Assembly (NCBI GenBank): GCA_039815375.1
Contig: JBCBZJ010000001.1
Span: 320,001 to 384,000, forward strand
DNA from: Verrucomicrobiota bacterium
GTDB taxonomy: Bacteria; Verrucomicrobiota; Verrucomicrobiia; Opitutales; Coraliomargaritaceae
Direction of reading: 5' to 3'
Length of the DNA stretch: 64,000 bases
Shown here: piece by piece, positions 51,097 to 62,484 of the stretch
Position numbering within the stretch: the first letter of the stretch is position 1
Layout of the letters: each line of letters begins with the position of its first letter
The notes under the pieces: generated by a model
Databases searched by the model: none
Told to the model about the DNA's origin: nothing
Seen by the model: the letters and a program-made list of their open reading frames with translations, nothing else
Made by a program: the position numbers and the translations under genes

Positions 51097-54000
51097 TATC
51101 TTTGGTTTTGTTCAGGTTTGCTTGTTTTAGAAATGATTCGCTGGTGACAATTTCCTTTATTACAGTGCGGAATCTATAGTCGTCCGCGGCGACTGCGGCA
51201 ACAATTGTTTCGATTTCGGCTTCATCGGAAAAACTGACATTGCGGCCGAGTGCATAGGCGAAGAGGTGCTCCACCAGAGCGTGAGTGAAAGATTCGCGAC
51301 GGTCCTCCATGATGTAATTTTTGATGCCTTCGATACCTTCGATTTCGGTGCCGTCAGGAAGCTTGCTGGCAGCGTCCACTGGCTTATCCTTGATACGATC
51401 AACAAAGGTGCCAGTCGCGTCGAAGTTCTCGAAGACCACTCCGTATGGATCGATCTTGAGGTGGCAATCTACACAGGAGGCCTTGTCGCGGTGTAGCTCG
51501 AGCTGTTCTTTTAAGCTGAGCTTTTCAAATCCCGGAGTATCCGGATCCAGCTCCGGCACATTAGGCGGAGCGGGTGGCGGTTTTTCTCCGAGAATCTTCT
51601 CCTTCAGCCAAACGGCACGTTTGATCGGGTGGCTCTGAACGCCATCGGAGTGGCCGGTCAGGAATGCGCCTTGAGTCAGGAGACCGCCGCGGATGGAGTC
51701 GGGAGGCAAGGTAACTTTTTTGAATTCGGTGCCCTCGACTCCTTTGATGCCGTAGAACTCGGCCAAGTGCTGGTTTAACATCGCGAAATCGGAATCGATC
51801 AGATTCATGATGCTGAGATTCTCGCGAAGCACCTGCTTGATGAAGTAGTAGGTCTCATTCTCCATCGACTCCTTCGTGAAACGCGTGAAGCCCGGATATG
51901 TATCGGGGTCGGTATCGATTTGCTCCAGTCGGTCCACGCGGAGCCACTCGTAAGCGAAGGCTTCGATCATATTACGCACCCTAGAGTCGTCGATCATCCG
52001 ATCAATTTGAGCATCGAGCGAATCGCTTAACTGCCCGTGTGCGGCAAGTGCGCTCAGTTCCTCATCGGGCGGGGTATTCCAAAGGAAATAAGAAAGTTGG
52101 GATGCGAGCATCGACTCTCCAACGCCCTCCGTTGGCAAATTTTCTTCAGGTTGGACAAGATAGAGGAAATTGGGTGAGCAAAGAATCCCGACAAAAACCT
52201 CTTTCACGCTTTCCTCGAAGGACTCATATTCGCTGCGATTCTCGTGCCAGAAGTCGTAGTAGAAATTGAGCTCACGTTCGTTGATCTCACGTCGGAAAGC
52301 GCGCTGCATGAATTGCCCAATCACTTCTTTTGCATAGAGATCCTCGTTGCTCTTGTTCTTTGAATCAAAAAAGATCTCGGTGTGGCTTTTCGGTGGCCAT
52401 TGCTCGTAGTAAGGTGCCTCAAGTTCCATCGAGTGAATCAGGACCGGCGGTCCGGCGGTCTTGTTGTCGCTGACCAGGTAGTCGTTCCAAAGGCCGATAA
52501 TCATGGTGTTCGCGAGATGGCCGCTCAGGCCGGCTCCCGGATCGGGCACGGGTAGATTTTGAAAGTGTCCTTGAAATTCGTAAATCGCTGGCTGTCCAAC
52601 CGGCGTCTCTACCTTCCGCACTTCGGAAAAATTCTCATAGTCCATCCCATCGTCGGTGCGGGTGCCGGCAAAAACACGCAGGGCCGGTGATAAGTCTTTG
52701 AACTCTGCAGCGTTAGCCTCTGCTTCCTTAATTAGAGCCTGGTATTCGGGAGTATCTTCAGTGAGCTGAGTGATTGCCATTCTACGGAAGCCGACGAAGA
52801 ATTTGCCCCCAACGGTTACATTATACTTTTTCTTCTCAAGGAAGGCCAAGGTCATTGGGTGGACAATGGCTTCCTCATTCGCCAACGATTCGTCGATCTG
52901 CATACGCTCTTCCTTGCGGATCTTCCTTGAAAGCTGAATGCTGTAGGACGGCATGGCGTTCTGCTCGACGTAAGGGTGTTCAAAGTCGATATGATAGAGG
53001 CCGCGCTCCGGAATTTCGATTTCGAAGCGGGCGGTCGAATCACTGGTGATATCAACCGGGGCGAGCCAGTCTCCCGGTTTCTGCTCCATGTTTTTCAGAT
53101 TTGTGAAATCCTTGGCATGAAGAATTATCGTTTTAGCGGTGGGGACTGCGGGTTTTTTCTCACGCAGGCTGATAAAGCCTTCTTTCATGACCGAGAAGGT
53201 CTCGCCCGGAGATGCTTTGACCCGGAGTATGAAGGGTTCATTGCCCGGATAGACGTCCTTGATCAACATTTTCATGTTGGGTGAAGGACCTTGCCAGGAT
53301 TTTGGGGTGACCTCCTTGTGCGGCAGGGCTGAGTAGAGGTTCATCCCGTCGGGAGTCATCCGGTAGCGGTCCTTCGTGGAACCCCGTAGACCAATGCCAA
53401 TCTTACTCTTGATTGCATCGAAATCCTCGCCGTTTTGAGACTGACCATTATCGTTAAGAACAAGGACTTTGAAGTCGTCGGGATCAACCGGCTGAGACTG
53501 GTAGCCTTGGAATCTTCCCCCCGGTGTTTGCTTGCCTTGATCCTTGCCAAGTTGGACCTTGTAGCGTTTGACCTCCGGTTTGTCACTTGTAACGATCGCT
53601 TTGTCGATCGAATCGCGGGCGATTTTTGTGAAGTAGTCGAAATGCAGCGGTGAAATTTGCAGTGTTTCTGCGTTGTTGGTGAAGCCCATTTCAGACTTTG
53701 CATCATCGGGAAGCACGTCACCGAAGTTGACATCAAGATGGAGGAGGTCGTTCAAGGTGTTGGTATACTGACTCCGGGTAAGTCGGCGCATCATGTTCTG
53801 CGGCTGTGCGCGTTTGGCGATCGCAGCTTTTTCAAGGTTTTCCGTGATCCAGTCGACGATGAGGCGCCGCTCTTCATTGGAGGGCTGTGCCTTGCCCTTT
53901 GGCGGCATCTCTCCGGCATTGATTTGATCAAGCGCGGTATGCCAGCCCTCCGCATCCGGTCCGTTGACCATGTCCCAATTCAGTTGATCGAGGCGAATCT

Positions 54001-54727
54001 CACCCTGCTGCTTGTCCGGGCCATGACAGCTGAAGCAGTATTGATCCATGATTGGATGGACACTCTTGGCGAAGACCAATTTGGATTCTGCCATTCTATT
54101 TTCCAAACCGGAAAGCTCACCTCCGTTGACGCCAGCAGCTGCAGACCGCTCGATTTCGGCGAGCATTTTCTCGGCTTCAGTCGGTTCAACTCCAAGGAGA
54201 TTCTTCAGTTCGACCGGCATGTATTTGGTCAGGTAATCCGAGCCGTGTGTGAGCGAGCCACCGTAATGGCCGGCCAGCGAGAGGAGGATGACATTAACGA
54301 AGAGTAGCGGACGATAGAGCCAGATGATGCTGGATTTGGCCTTAGCCCAGTAACGAACCGCGAGCAGCCAAACACAAAGGAATGTCGTGGCCCAACCGAG
54401 CCACATGTGCTTGCTGAGCAGCTGTTCACTGTAGCCACCGCTTGATGCAAGGAGGTAGCCTGCGGTTACAGCGGGAATAGAGCTGAGCACACAGACCCAA
54501 AGTAGGATCTCACAGGATCTGCCGAGCTTTAGCGCCGGACGAAACAACTGCACCAATTCGACAACAAAAAGGGCCAGAAGTGCGCCGATCGGAATGTGTA
54601 ATACGAGTGGGTGAAAGCGCCCGATGAAGAGCAATAGCGTGTTGCTGCCGTCCGGGTTGAGCGGAGTCGCCGCCAGCGCCATCAGCAGGCCGGTAAAAAT
54701 TAGGGTAAGGGTGACAATGAGCTTCAT
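51068..54727 (-). CDS. DUF1592/1588/1587/1595/1585 cytochrome c-like protein with N-terminal membrane domain
   Basis: GRFHPLVLHIPIG TM domain, CFSCH, RRLTRSQY, RAFRR, SYFLWNTPPD, RGGLL, HPIKRAVW, CVDCH, YALGR. Confidence 0.9.
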   Translation of the reverse strand: MKLIVTLTLIFTGLLMALAATPLNPDGSNTLLLFIGRFHPLVLHIPIGALLALFVVELVQLFRPALKLGRSCEILLWVCVLSSIPAVTAGYLLASSGGYSEQLLSKHMWLGWATTFLCVWLLAVRYWAKAKSSIIWLYRPLLFVNVILLSLAGHYGGSLTHGSDYLTKYMPVELKNLLGVEPTEAEKMLAEIERSAAAGVNGGELSGLENRMAESKLVFAKSVHPIMDQYCFSCHGPDKQQGEIRLDQLNWDMVNGPDAEGWHTALDQINAGEMPPKGKAQPSNEERRLIVDWITENLEKAAIAKRAQPQNMMRRLTRSQYTNTLNDLLHLDVNFGDVLPDDAKSEMGFTNNAETLQISPLHFDYFTKIARDSIDKAIVTSDKPEVKRYKVQLGKDQGKQTPGGRFQGYQSQPVDPDDFKVLVLNDNGQSQNGEDFDAIKSKIGIGLRGSTKDRYRMTPDGMNLYSALPHKEVTPKSWQGPSPNMKMLIKDVYPGNEPFILRVKASPGETFSVMKEGFISLREKKPAVPTAKTIILHAKDFTNLKNMEQKPGDWLAPVDITSDSTARFEIEIPERGLYHIDFEHPYVEQNAMPSYSIQLSRKIRKEERMQIDESLANEEAIVHPMTLAFLEKKKYNVTVGGKFFVGFRRMAITQLTEDTPEYQALIKEAEANAAEFKDLSPALRVFAGTRTDDGMDYENFSEVRKVETPVGQPAIYEFQGHFQNLPVPDPGAGLSGHLANTMIIGLWNDYLVSDNKTAGPPVLIHSMELEAPYYEQWPPKSHTEIFFDSKNKSNEDLYAKEVIGQFMQRAFRREINERELNFYYDFWHENRSEYESFEESVKEVFVGILCSPNFLYLVQPEENLPTEGVGESMLASQLSYFLWNTPPDEELSALAAHGQLSDSLDAQIDRMIDDSRVRNMIEAFAYEWLRVDRLEQIDTDPDTYPGFTRFTKESMENETYYFIKQVLRENLSIMNLIDSDFAMLNQHLAEFYGIKGVEGTEFKKVTLPPDSIRGGLLTQGAFLTGHSDGVQSHPIKRAVWLKEKILGEKPPPAPPNVPELDPDTPGFEKLSLKEQLELHRDKASCVDCHLKIDPYGVVFENFDATGTFVDRIKDKPVDAASKLPDGTEIEGIEGIKNYIMEDRRESFTHALVEHLFAYALGRNVSFSDEAEIETIVAAVAADDYRFRTVIKEIVTSESFLKQANLNKTKDNEQKAMASR

Positions 54728-54754
54728 TGTATTCAGGAATCAGGTTCGTTTCGT

Positions 54755-56671
54755 CTAGTTTCCTATACAGATAACTTCTTTCAGGGTCCTATGATAGATG
54801 TTGCCGTTGGCATAAGAAAGGGAATTCACGGTCCATGTTTGCCCCCGCTGGCCGAGGTCGTTTACGGCAACGAGCGCGCGCTGGTCGAAGGTTTCTGCTT
54901 CTGTATCGATGACATAGACGATGCCGATCGCGTTGGTGAAAAAGAGGTAGTTGTTAACGAGAGTCGGTGTGCCGAGAAAGCAGCGTTGGAAGCCATCGCC
55001 AAGCGTGCGCGAATCATTGCTGTGGCGCTGGCCGCGGGAATTGAGGCCGTCATTCGACTGGGGCGTATGCCAGACATAGCTACCATCGTCATTAAATTCA
55101 CGAGGTAGTTCCAATTGAATTGTCTTTCCGGTTTCCAAATCCTGACAAAACAAATACGGTGCGTGTCGGGCAAGAAAGTAGAGCCTGTCACCGACTGGAA
55201 AGTTGGCATACCAGGCCCAATCGCATGATTCCAGCTCCACGTCCTTTGTGAGCTGATACTGTTGAGTAGTTTCATCGAAGTTGAGTTGATCGATGGTCTT
55301 GAAGGTGTGTTGCCCGAGTTGCTTGCCGTTTGTCGTGTCGACTCGGACTGTAGTGTCATTCTGAATCCAGTTGGCCGTGCCGGTATCCCAGAACTGGGTG
55401 TTTAGAGAGCCCCATCCGGAGATTTTGTTCTCTTCGGTTGATTCCCAATGCCAGATCGCCTTGCCGCCGTTATCCGGTTCAGCACTGACGAGGCTAAGGC
55501 CGACAGGGCGTTCGGGGACTCCATGTGGGCCACCACGACCGATCAGGACAGCATGTTGGCCGCTTGCAGTCTTGCCGTAGATGGGGGTGTTGTAGTGCGT
55601 GATTGCATCTTCACTAGTCCACTGGTGCTCGCCGGTTTCCGTATCGAAGGCATGCAGGTAATTCCATTGCGGGTTGCGCTTCGCGTCTCCCTTGAGCGGT
55701 GGCTCAACGCTTAGAATGCTTTTTTGAACGCGAATTGAGTCGTATTGCTTGTTGAACGGGCGTCCAGTGCTTGGCATCCAGCTGCGTTCCCAGGCGAGGT
55801 CGCCTTCGATGGTGAAGCAGGCCATACCACCGCTTGCATTAATTGCCCAGACATACTCGCCGTCAGTGATCGGGCATGGCGTTGTGGAATCGCTGAAGCC
55901 GTAGTTGTAATCACTAACTAGCTCACCGCGAACGGTACGTTCCCATAGGGTTTTTCCGGTTTCTGCATTTAGACAAAGGAGAATGATGTCGGCGCTGTTG
56001 CCGCCTGCGCGCATTTCCCTATTCACGGATTGATTACGCGATTGGATTTGCATCAGATCTGGGTCGCGGTTGTGGACCAATTGTTCAACCGCTTTGGTGG
56101 AATCAGATAAAGCTTTCCCGGCAGGATCCTTTTTTCTGAGACCTTGCCTTATCTTGGCCCTTTGCTTAGCTGATGCCTTCGCATATCCTTTGGTGCTGGA
56201 AAGCAGGTTCTCCCAGTCTACTTTTGCTTGTTCGAGTTCAGCTAAAGCTTTCAGATAGGCCGGATCAGCCTCGCGGCTCAATGATGTAGCTGCAGTTTGA
56301 TAGCGTCGCTCATACTCGGCACGTGTTTTTGAGTATTCGGCTTCGAGCTGCTTGTAAGGTGAGGTTTCGAGCGGAGGATTAATAGTCAGAAAGATGAGAT
56401 CACCTGCAATCGCAATTCCACTTTGCCCTCCTGCGGGCATGGGTTTTGTCCATTTAATCCGCTCTCCATCCCGCACCGACCACTCGATCGGGACTGGATC
56501 TTCGGTCATGATAGACCAGTTCCCATGAGGTCCGCCTGACATCGGCCATTCCGCTTCTGCCCAGGCTTGGACGCCACACAAAACAATAAGAATCCCTTCG
56601 AACCTGAGGTATCGATGGATTGTTGTTATTGTTAAATTCTTCGCTGCGAGGGGCATGAAAGTAGATATCAA
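54755..56671 (-). CDS. PQQ-like/BamB-type beta-propeller protein
   Basis: WPMSGGP, CLNAETGKTLWER, TPCPITDG, AFDTETGEHQW, GNIYHRT...CIG. Confidence 0.8.
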   Translation of the reverse strand: MISTFMPLAAKNLTITTIHRYLRFEGILIVLCGVQAWAEAEWPMSGGPHGNWSIMTEDPVPIEWSVRDGERIKWTKPMPAGGQSGIAIAGDLIFLTINPPLETSPYKQLEAEYSKTRAEYERRYQTAATSLSREADPAYLKALAELEQAKVDWENLLSSTKGYAKASAKQRAKIRQGLRKKDPAGKALSDSTKAVEQLVHNRDPDLMQIQSRNQSVNREMRAGGNSADIILLCLNAETGKTLWERTVRGELVSDYNYGFSDSTTPCPITDGEYVWAINASGGMACFTIEGDLAWERSWMPSTGRPFNKQYDSIRVQKSILSVEPPLKGDAKRNPQWNYLHAFDTETGEHQWTSEDAITHYNTPIYGKTASGQHAVLIGRGGPHGVPERPVGLSLVSAEPDNGGKAIWHWESTEENKISGWGSLNTQFWDTGTANWIQNDTTVRVDTTNGKQLGQHTFKTIDQLNFDETTQQYQLTKDVELESCDWAWYANFPVGDRLYFLARHAPYLFCQDLETGKTIQLELPREFNDDGSYVWHTPQSNDGLNSRGQRHSNDSRTLGDGFQRCFLGTPTLVNNYLFFTNAIGIVYVIDTEAETFDQRALVAVNDLGQRGQTWTVNSLSYANGNIYHRTLKEVICIGN

Positions 56672-56836
56672 TTCAGCTTATTGGGGTAATCATGTACGCT
56701 ATAATTGACGGAAAGTGTATAAATTTCTGGGCACCGCAAATAATTTTGATCCATTTTTTATGTAGATTGAGTTTTCCCGTTTTTAGAGGATTGCTCCTGA
56801 CAATGGGCCGATGCGAGATTGGATTTTCCCGAACTA

Positions 56837-57547
56837 ATGAATGCACTGCAGAAACATGATGCACGACTACTTGAGAATTGTGAGGTCGTTGTCGGCGTCG
56901 ATGAAGCAGGCAGGGGAGCCCTTGCGGGGCCTGTCTCGGCCGGAGCTTGTGTGTTCCGGCGCAACTTCTTCAGCTCAGAGCAAGCTCTGAAACTGAGTGC
57001 GCAGGTCAATGATTCAAAGCAGCTTTCCACTGAGGCCCGTGGAGCGCAATTCGAAGCGATCCAGCGACTACAGGCTGAGGGACTGCTCGACTTCGCGGTT
57101 GCGGCCGGTTCGGTAGAGGAAATCGCCGTTCTTAATATTTTAGGAGCCACTCGATTGGCGATGCGGCGGGCCATCGAGACCCTGTCGGGTCGTGCAAAGC
57201 ACTGGTCCCTGAAACAGGTTGCCGAAGAAGGGCCGCTTTTTGCTGCCTCGGCTAAAGTTCGATTGATCGTGGACGGCCGCCCTCTGAGGCCATTTGCATA
57301 TGCTCACACCGGAATCGTAGGAGGCGACGGTAAGTCGCTCGCCATCGCCGTCGCCAGTATAGCGGCCAAAGTTACGCGTGATCGTGAGCTTGTTCGCCTT
57401 GCTGAAGAGCACCCGGAATACGGCTTTGAGGTGCACAAAGGCTACGGGACAAAAGCCCATCGAGAGGCGATTTTAGAGTATGGCCCGAGCCCCGTTCACC
57501 GAGAGCTTTTTCTAAGAAAAATTTTGCCTTCCTCTGAACCTTCCTGA
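56837..57547 (+). CDS. rnhB: ribonuclease HII
   Basis: GVDEAGRGALAGPV, NDSKQL, VDG, GGDGKSLAIAVASIAAKVTRD, HKGYGT, HR. Confidence 0.95.
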   Translation: MNALQKHDARLLENCEVVVGVDEAGRGALAGPVSAGACVFRRNFFSSEQALKLSAQVNDSKQLSTEARGAQFEAIQRLQAEGLLDFAVAAGSVEEIAVLNILGATRLAMRRAIETLSGRAKHWSLKQVAEEGPLFAASAKVRLIVDGRPLRPFAYAHTGIVGGDGKSLAIAVASIAAKVTRDRELVRLAEEHPEYGFEVHKGYGTKAHREAILEYGPSPVHRELFLRKILPSSEPS

Positions 57548-57619
57548 ACCTTCTCTTGTCGGCCCGGAGGCGAGTCTGGAAGCGGCTTCGCGCGCTAGTG
57601 TATTTTTTGCAAATTTGTG

Positions 57620-57648
57620 TTGACTGACCTATGAGCGAGGGGCACTTT
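57620..57648 (+). promoter_or_regulatory. promoter of the tRNA-Thr-tuf operon
   Basis: AT-rich UP element, TTGACT-17 bp-CACTTT, GC-rich discriminator cgcggg. Confidence 0.6.
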
Positions 57649-57726
57649 CGCGGGCTTTCTCTTTTTCAACCGCTCTCCGGCGTTGAATCCCAGCTCTTTA
57701 CATCTTCTTTTCAAAGCATGCGAAAT

Positions 57727-57802
<76 letters not shown>

Positions 57803-57859
57803 CCAGAAAAGACGGCAAACAACCTCTCAACAATCTCTCATATAAAAACCAACATCCAT

Positions 57860-59051
<1,192 letters not shown>

Positions 59052-59079
59052 CCTTTCCAGACCGTTTCCCTCCAGTTTC

Positions 59080-59108
59080 GCCGAGGGCTCTTAAATGGAG
59101 CCCTCGGC
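59080..59108 (+). terminator. strong hairpin after tuf (weak terminator or processing/stabilising stem)
   Basis: 11-bp stem GCCGAGGGCTC/GAGCCCTCGGC; poor U-tract. Confidence 0.55.
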
Positions 59109-59141
59109 TTCGCTGTCTTAATAGTATCTAGCAATTTATTT

Positions 59142-59219
<78 letters not shown>

Positions 59220-59230
59220 CATCAAATCAT

Positions 59231-59440
59231 ATGAAAAACCCGTTCAGCAGCATCCGTCTCTTTTACAAGGAGACGATGACCGAGCTCAAAAAGGCTTCCT
59301 GGCCCAGCAAGACTGAGTTGCGTGATTCAACCGTCGTCGTCCTTGTCGCGACGGTTCTACTTGGATCATTCATCGCACTCACTGACTTTTCGCTCATGAA
59401 CGGTGTCCAGTTTCTTACCGATCTGGTTGCGGGTTCCTAG
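59231..59440 (+). CDS. secE: preprotein translocase subunit SecE
   Basis: ELKKASWPS motif plus a single TM; position before nusG. Confidence 0.93.
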   Translation: MKNPFSSIRLFYKETMTELKKASWPSKTELRDSTVVVLVATVLLGSFIALTDFSLMNGVQFLTDLVAGS

Positions 59441-59497
59441 AGCATAGCACCATCACCCGCCGTCCAGCAGCCACTTTTAGACTTTTAGAGAACAACA

Positions 59498-60077
<580 letters not shown>

Positions 60078-60082
60078 CAGTC

Positions 60083-60508
<426 letters not shown>

Positions 60509-60558
60509 AATTTCGGAGCGCCACTCCGGCGCTTCAATTAAAAACTAGAGATATAATA

Positions 60559-61263
60559 ATGGCCACCCAGCAAATAAAGGGAAGCAAACGCTACCGTTCG
60601 GCTGTCGAAATGACAGACCTGACGAAGACTTACTCGGTCGAAGAAGCGTCTGCGTTACTGAACAAACTACCGAAGGCGAAGTTCGACGAGACCGTCGAAA
60701 TCTACGCCCACCTCACGGTTGATCCTCGTAAGAGCGACCAGATGGTCCGCGGCACGCTCTCTCTTCCAAACGGAAGCGGTAAGACGGTTCGCGTAATCGT
60801 TTTCACTGAAAACCCGGACGAAGCCACTGCGGCGGGTGCCGAAGAAGCCGGTCTCGATGAGCTCATCGAAAAGGTTTCCGGCGGATGGACCGACTTCGAC
60901 GTCGCGGTTGCCACCACCAGTGCAATGAAAAGCGTCCGTAAGGTCGCACGTGTTCTCGGTCCTCGCGGCCTTATGCCAAATCCTAAATCCGGCACCGTCA
61001 CCGATGACGTCGCTGCTGCGATCAAGGAAGTCAAGGGCGGTCGCGTTGAGTTCAAGATGGATAAGACGGCTAATGTTGCTGTCGTTGTCGGCAAGCGTTC
61101 CTTCACATCGGAACAGCTTGTTGAGAATGCCGAAGCTGCGATCAAGGCACTCGCTGATGCGAAGCCCCAGTCCACGACCGGCAAGTTCATCAAGAGCCTG
61201 ACCATCAGTGCAACCATGAGCCCCGGCATCGCCATCGATGCGGCTCCCTACAACAAGAGCTAA
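60559..61263 (+). CDS. rplA: 50S ribosomal protein L1
   Basis: KFDETVE, DQMVRG, LGPRGLMPNPKSGTV, TMSPG. Confidence 0.98.
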   Translation: MATQQIKGSKRYRSAVEMTDLTKTYSVEEASALLNKLPKAKFDETVEIYAHLTVDPRKSDQMVRGTLSLPNGSGKTVRVIVFTENPDEATAAGAEEAGLDELIEKVSGGWTDFDVAVATTSAMKSVRKVARVLGPRGLMPNPKSGTVTDDVAAAIKEVKGGRVEFKMDKTANVAVVVGKRSFTSEQLVENAEAAIKALADAKPQSTTGKFIKSLTISATMSPGIAIDAAPYNKS

Positions 61264-61278
61264 GGAGGGACACACGAC

Positions 61279-61797
61279 ATGAGACCAGAAAAGCAATATC
61301 TCGTTGAAGAGGTCAGCACGCACCTTAACAAATCCGATTACGTTTACCTCGCGAACTATGAGCGCATCACCGTTGACGAAATTGCTGAGCTTCGCGGCCA
61401 GCTTTCCGAGCACGATGCCGAGTTCCACGTTGTTAAAAACACCATCCTTGGCGTCGCAGCCGGTCAGAAGGAACTCCCTGATGTCAGCGAGCACCTCAGT
61501 GGGCCGACTGCTATCATTGTTGGCGGTAATAACCCGTCCGGCGTTGCCAAAGTTCTTGGTAAGTTCTTCAAGGATAAGGAGAAGGTCGACCTGAAGGTCG
61601 GCATTATCAACGACAAGACTCTCGACAAGGATCAGATCGAGGCACTCGCCAAGCTTCCGGGCATCGAGTCGCTCCGTGCACAGCTTCTGGGCCTGCTCAG
61701 CCAGCCTGGCACCGGCCTTGTTCGCGTCCTCAACGCAGTTCCGCAAAATGTCGTCAATGTTCTGCAAGCCAAAGTGCGCGCAGAAAACGGCGAGTAA
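61279..61797 (+). CDS. rplJ: 50S ribosomal protein L10
   Basis: VVKNT, LSGPTA, LAKLP; position in operon. Confidence 0.96.
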   Translation: MRPEKQYLVEEVSTHLNKSDYVYLANYERITVDEIAELRGQLSEHDAEFHVVKNTILGVAAGQKELPDVSEHLSGPTAIIVGGNNPSGVAKVLGKFFKDKEKVDLKVGIINDKTLDKDQIEALAKLPGIESLRAQLLGLLSQPGTGLVRVLNAVPQNVVNVLQAKVRAENGE

Positions 61798-61863
61798 TCG
61801 AAAATCAAACCCTTTTAGCCGCTGCTTAGCGGCGGCCTAAAAACAAACAAACCATATAAATCC

Positions 61864-61913
61864 GGTTAGGAGGAATTCGCCTCTTAAATGTCCCATTCGT
61901 CGGGACGCTAACC
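61864..61913 (+). promoter_or_regulatory. three-way-junction RNA upstream of rplL (candidate L10/L12-type leader)
   Basis: GGTTAG/CTAACC, GAGG/CCTC and GTCCC/GGGAC helices with a TTAAA junction. Confidence 0.5.
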
Positions 61914-61932
61914 CATTGAAAGGTATAACATC

Positions 61933-62319
61933 ATGGCAGATATCACAAAAGACCAAGTCGTCGAGTGGCTCTCCGCACAAACTGTGCTTGAAGTCGCCGA
62001 ACTCGTTAAAGAACTCGAAGAGAAGTGGGGCGTAAGCGCTGCGGCTCCTGTTGCTGTTGCTGCTGCTGGCCCTGCTGCTGGTGGCGATGCTCCTGCTGAA
62101 GAGGAGAAGGACGAGTTTGACGTCATCCTCAAGGCTGCTGGCTCCAACAAGATCGGTGCGATTAAGGAAGTTCGCGCAATCACAGGCCTTGGCCTCAAGG
62201 AAGCCAAGGAACTCGTCGAAGGAGCACCTAAGCCTGTTAAGGAAGGTGTTTCCAAGGATGAAGCCGAAGAGCTCAAGAAAAAGCTCGAAGCTGCTGGCGC
62301 CGAAGTTGAATTGAAGTAA
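61933..62319 (+). CDS. rplL: 50S ribosomal protein L7/L12
   Basis: [33 protein letters not shown]. Confidence 0.98.
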   Translation: MADITKDQVVEWLSAQTVLEVAELVKELEEKWGVSAAAPVAVAAAGPAAGGDAPAEEEKDEFDVILKAAGSNKIGAIKEVRAITGLGLKEAKELVEGAPKPVKEGVSKDEAEELKKKLEAAGAEVELK

Positions 62320-62361
62320 TCACAGAACACGTTCGAATATATTCAGTTTTCTACAATTTAC

Positions 62362-62413
62362 ACAGTTAGGTGAGCTTGCCCATTTCCGGGCAAGTCTTGC
62401 CTAGCTGTTTTTT
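62362..62413 (+). terminator. rplL-rpoB attenuator/terminator
   Basis: Long stem ACAGTTAGG...CTTGCCC/GGGCAAG...CCTAGCTGT followed by a T-tract. Confidence 0.8.
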
Positions 62414-62484
62414 GCTTTCCTGCCAATCACCACGGCAAATTTCAAAAAATTATTATTTTAAACCCGTCAAACGGATAGAGCACC

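Noticed and set aside
57534..57553. 10-bp tandem duplication CTGAACCTTC across the rnhB stop (also ACTTTTAG x2 before nusG)
   Set aside because: Two-copy slippage-type duplications with no sign of an associated element
60509..60558. Hairpin GGAGCGCC/GGCGCTTC between rplK and rplA as an L1 leader
   Set aside because: Lacks the asymmetric internal loop and closing CC strand of L1-binding sites; looks like a simple stem
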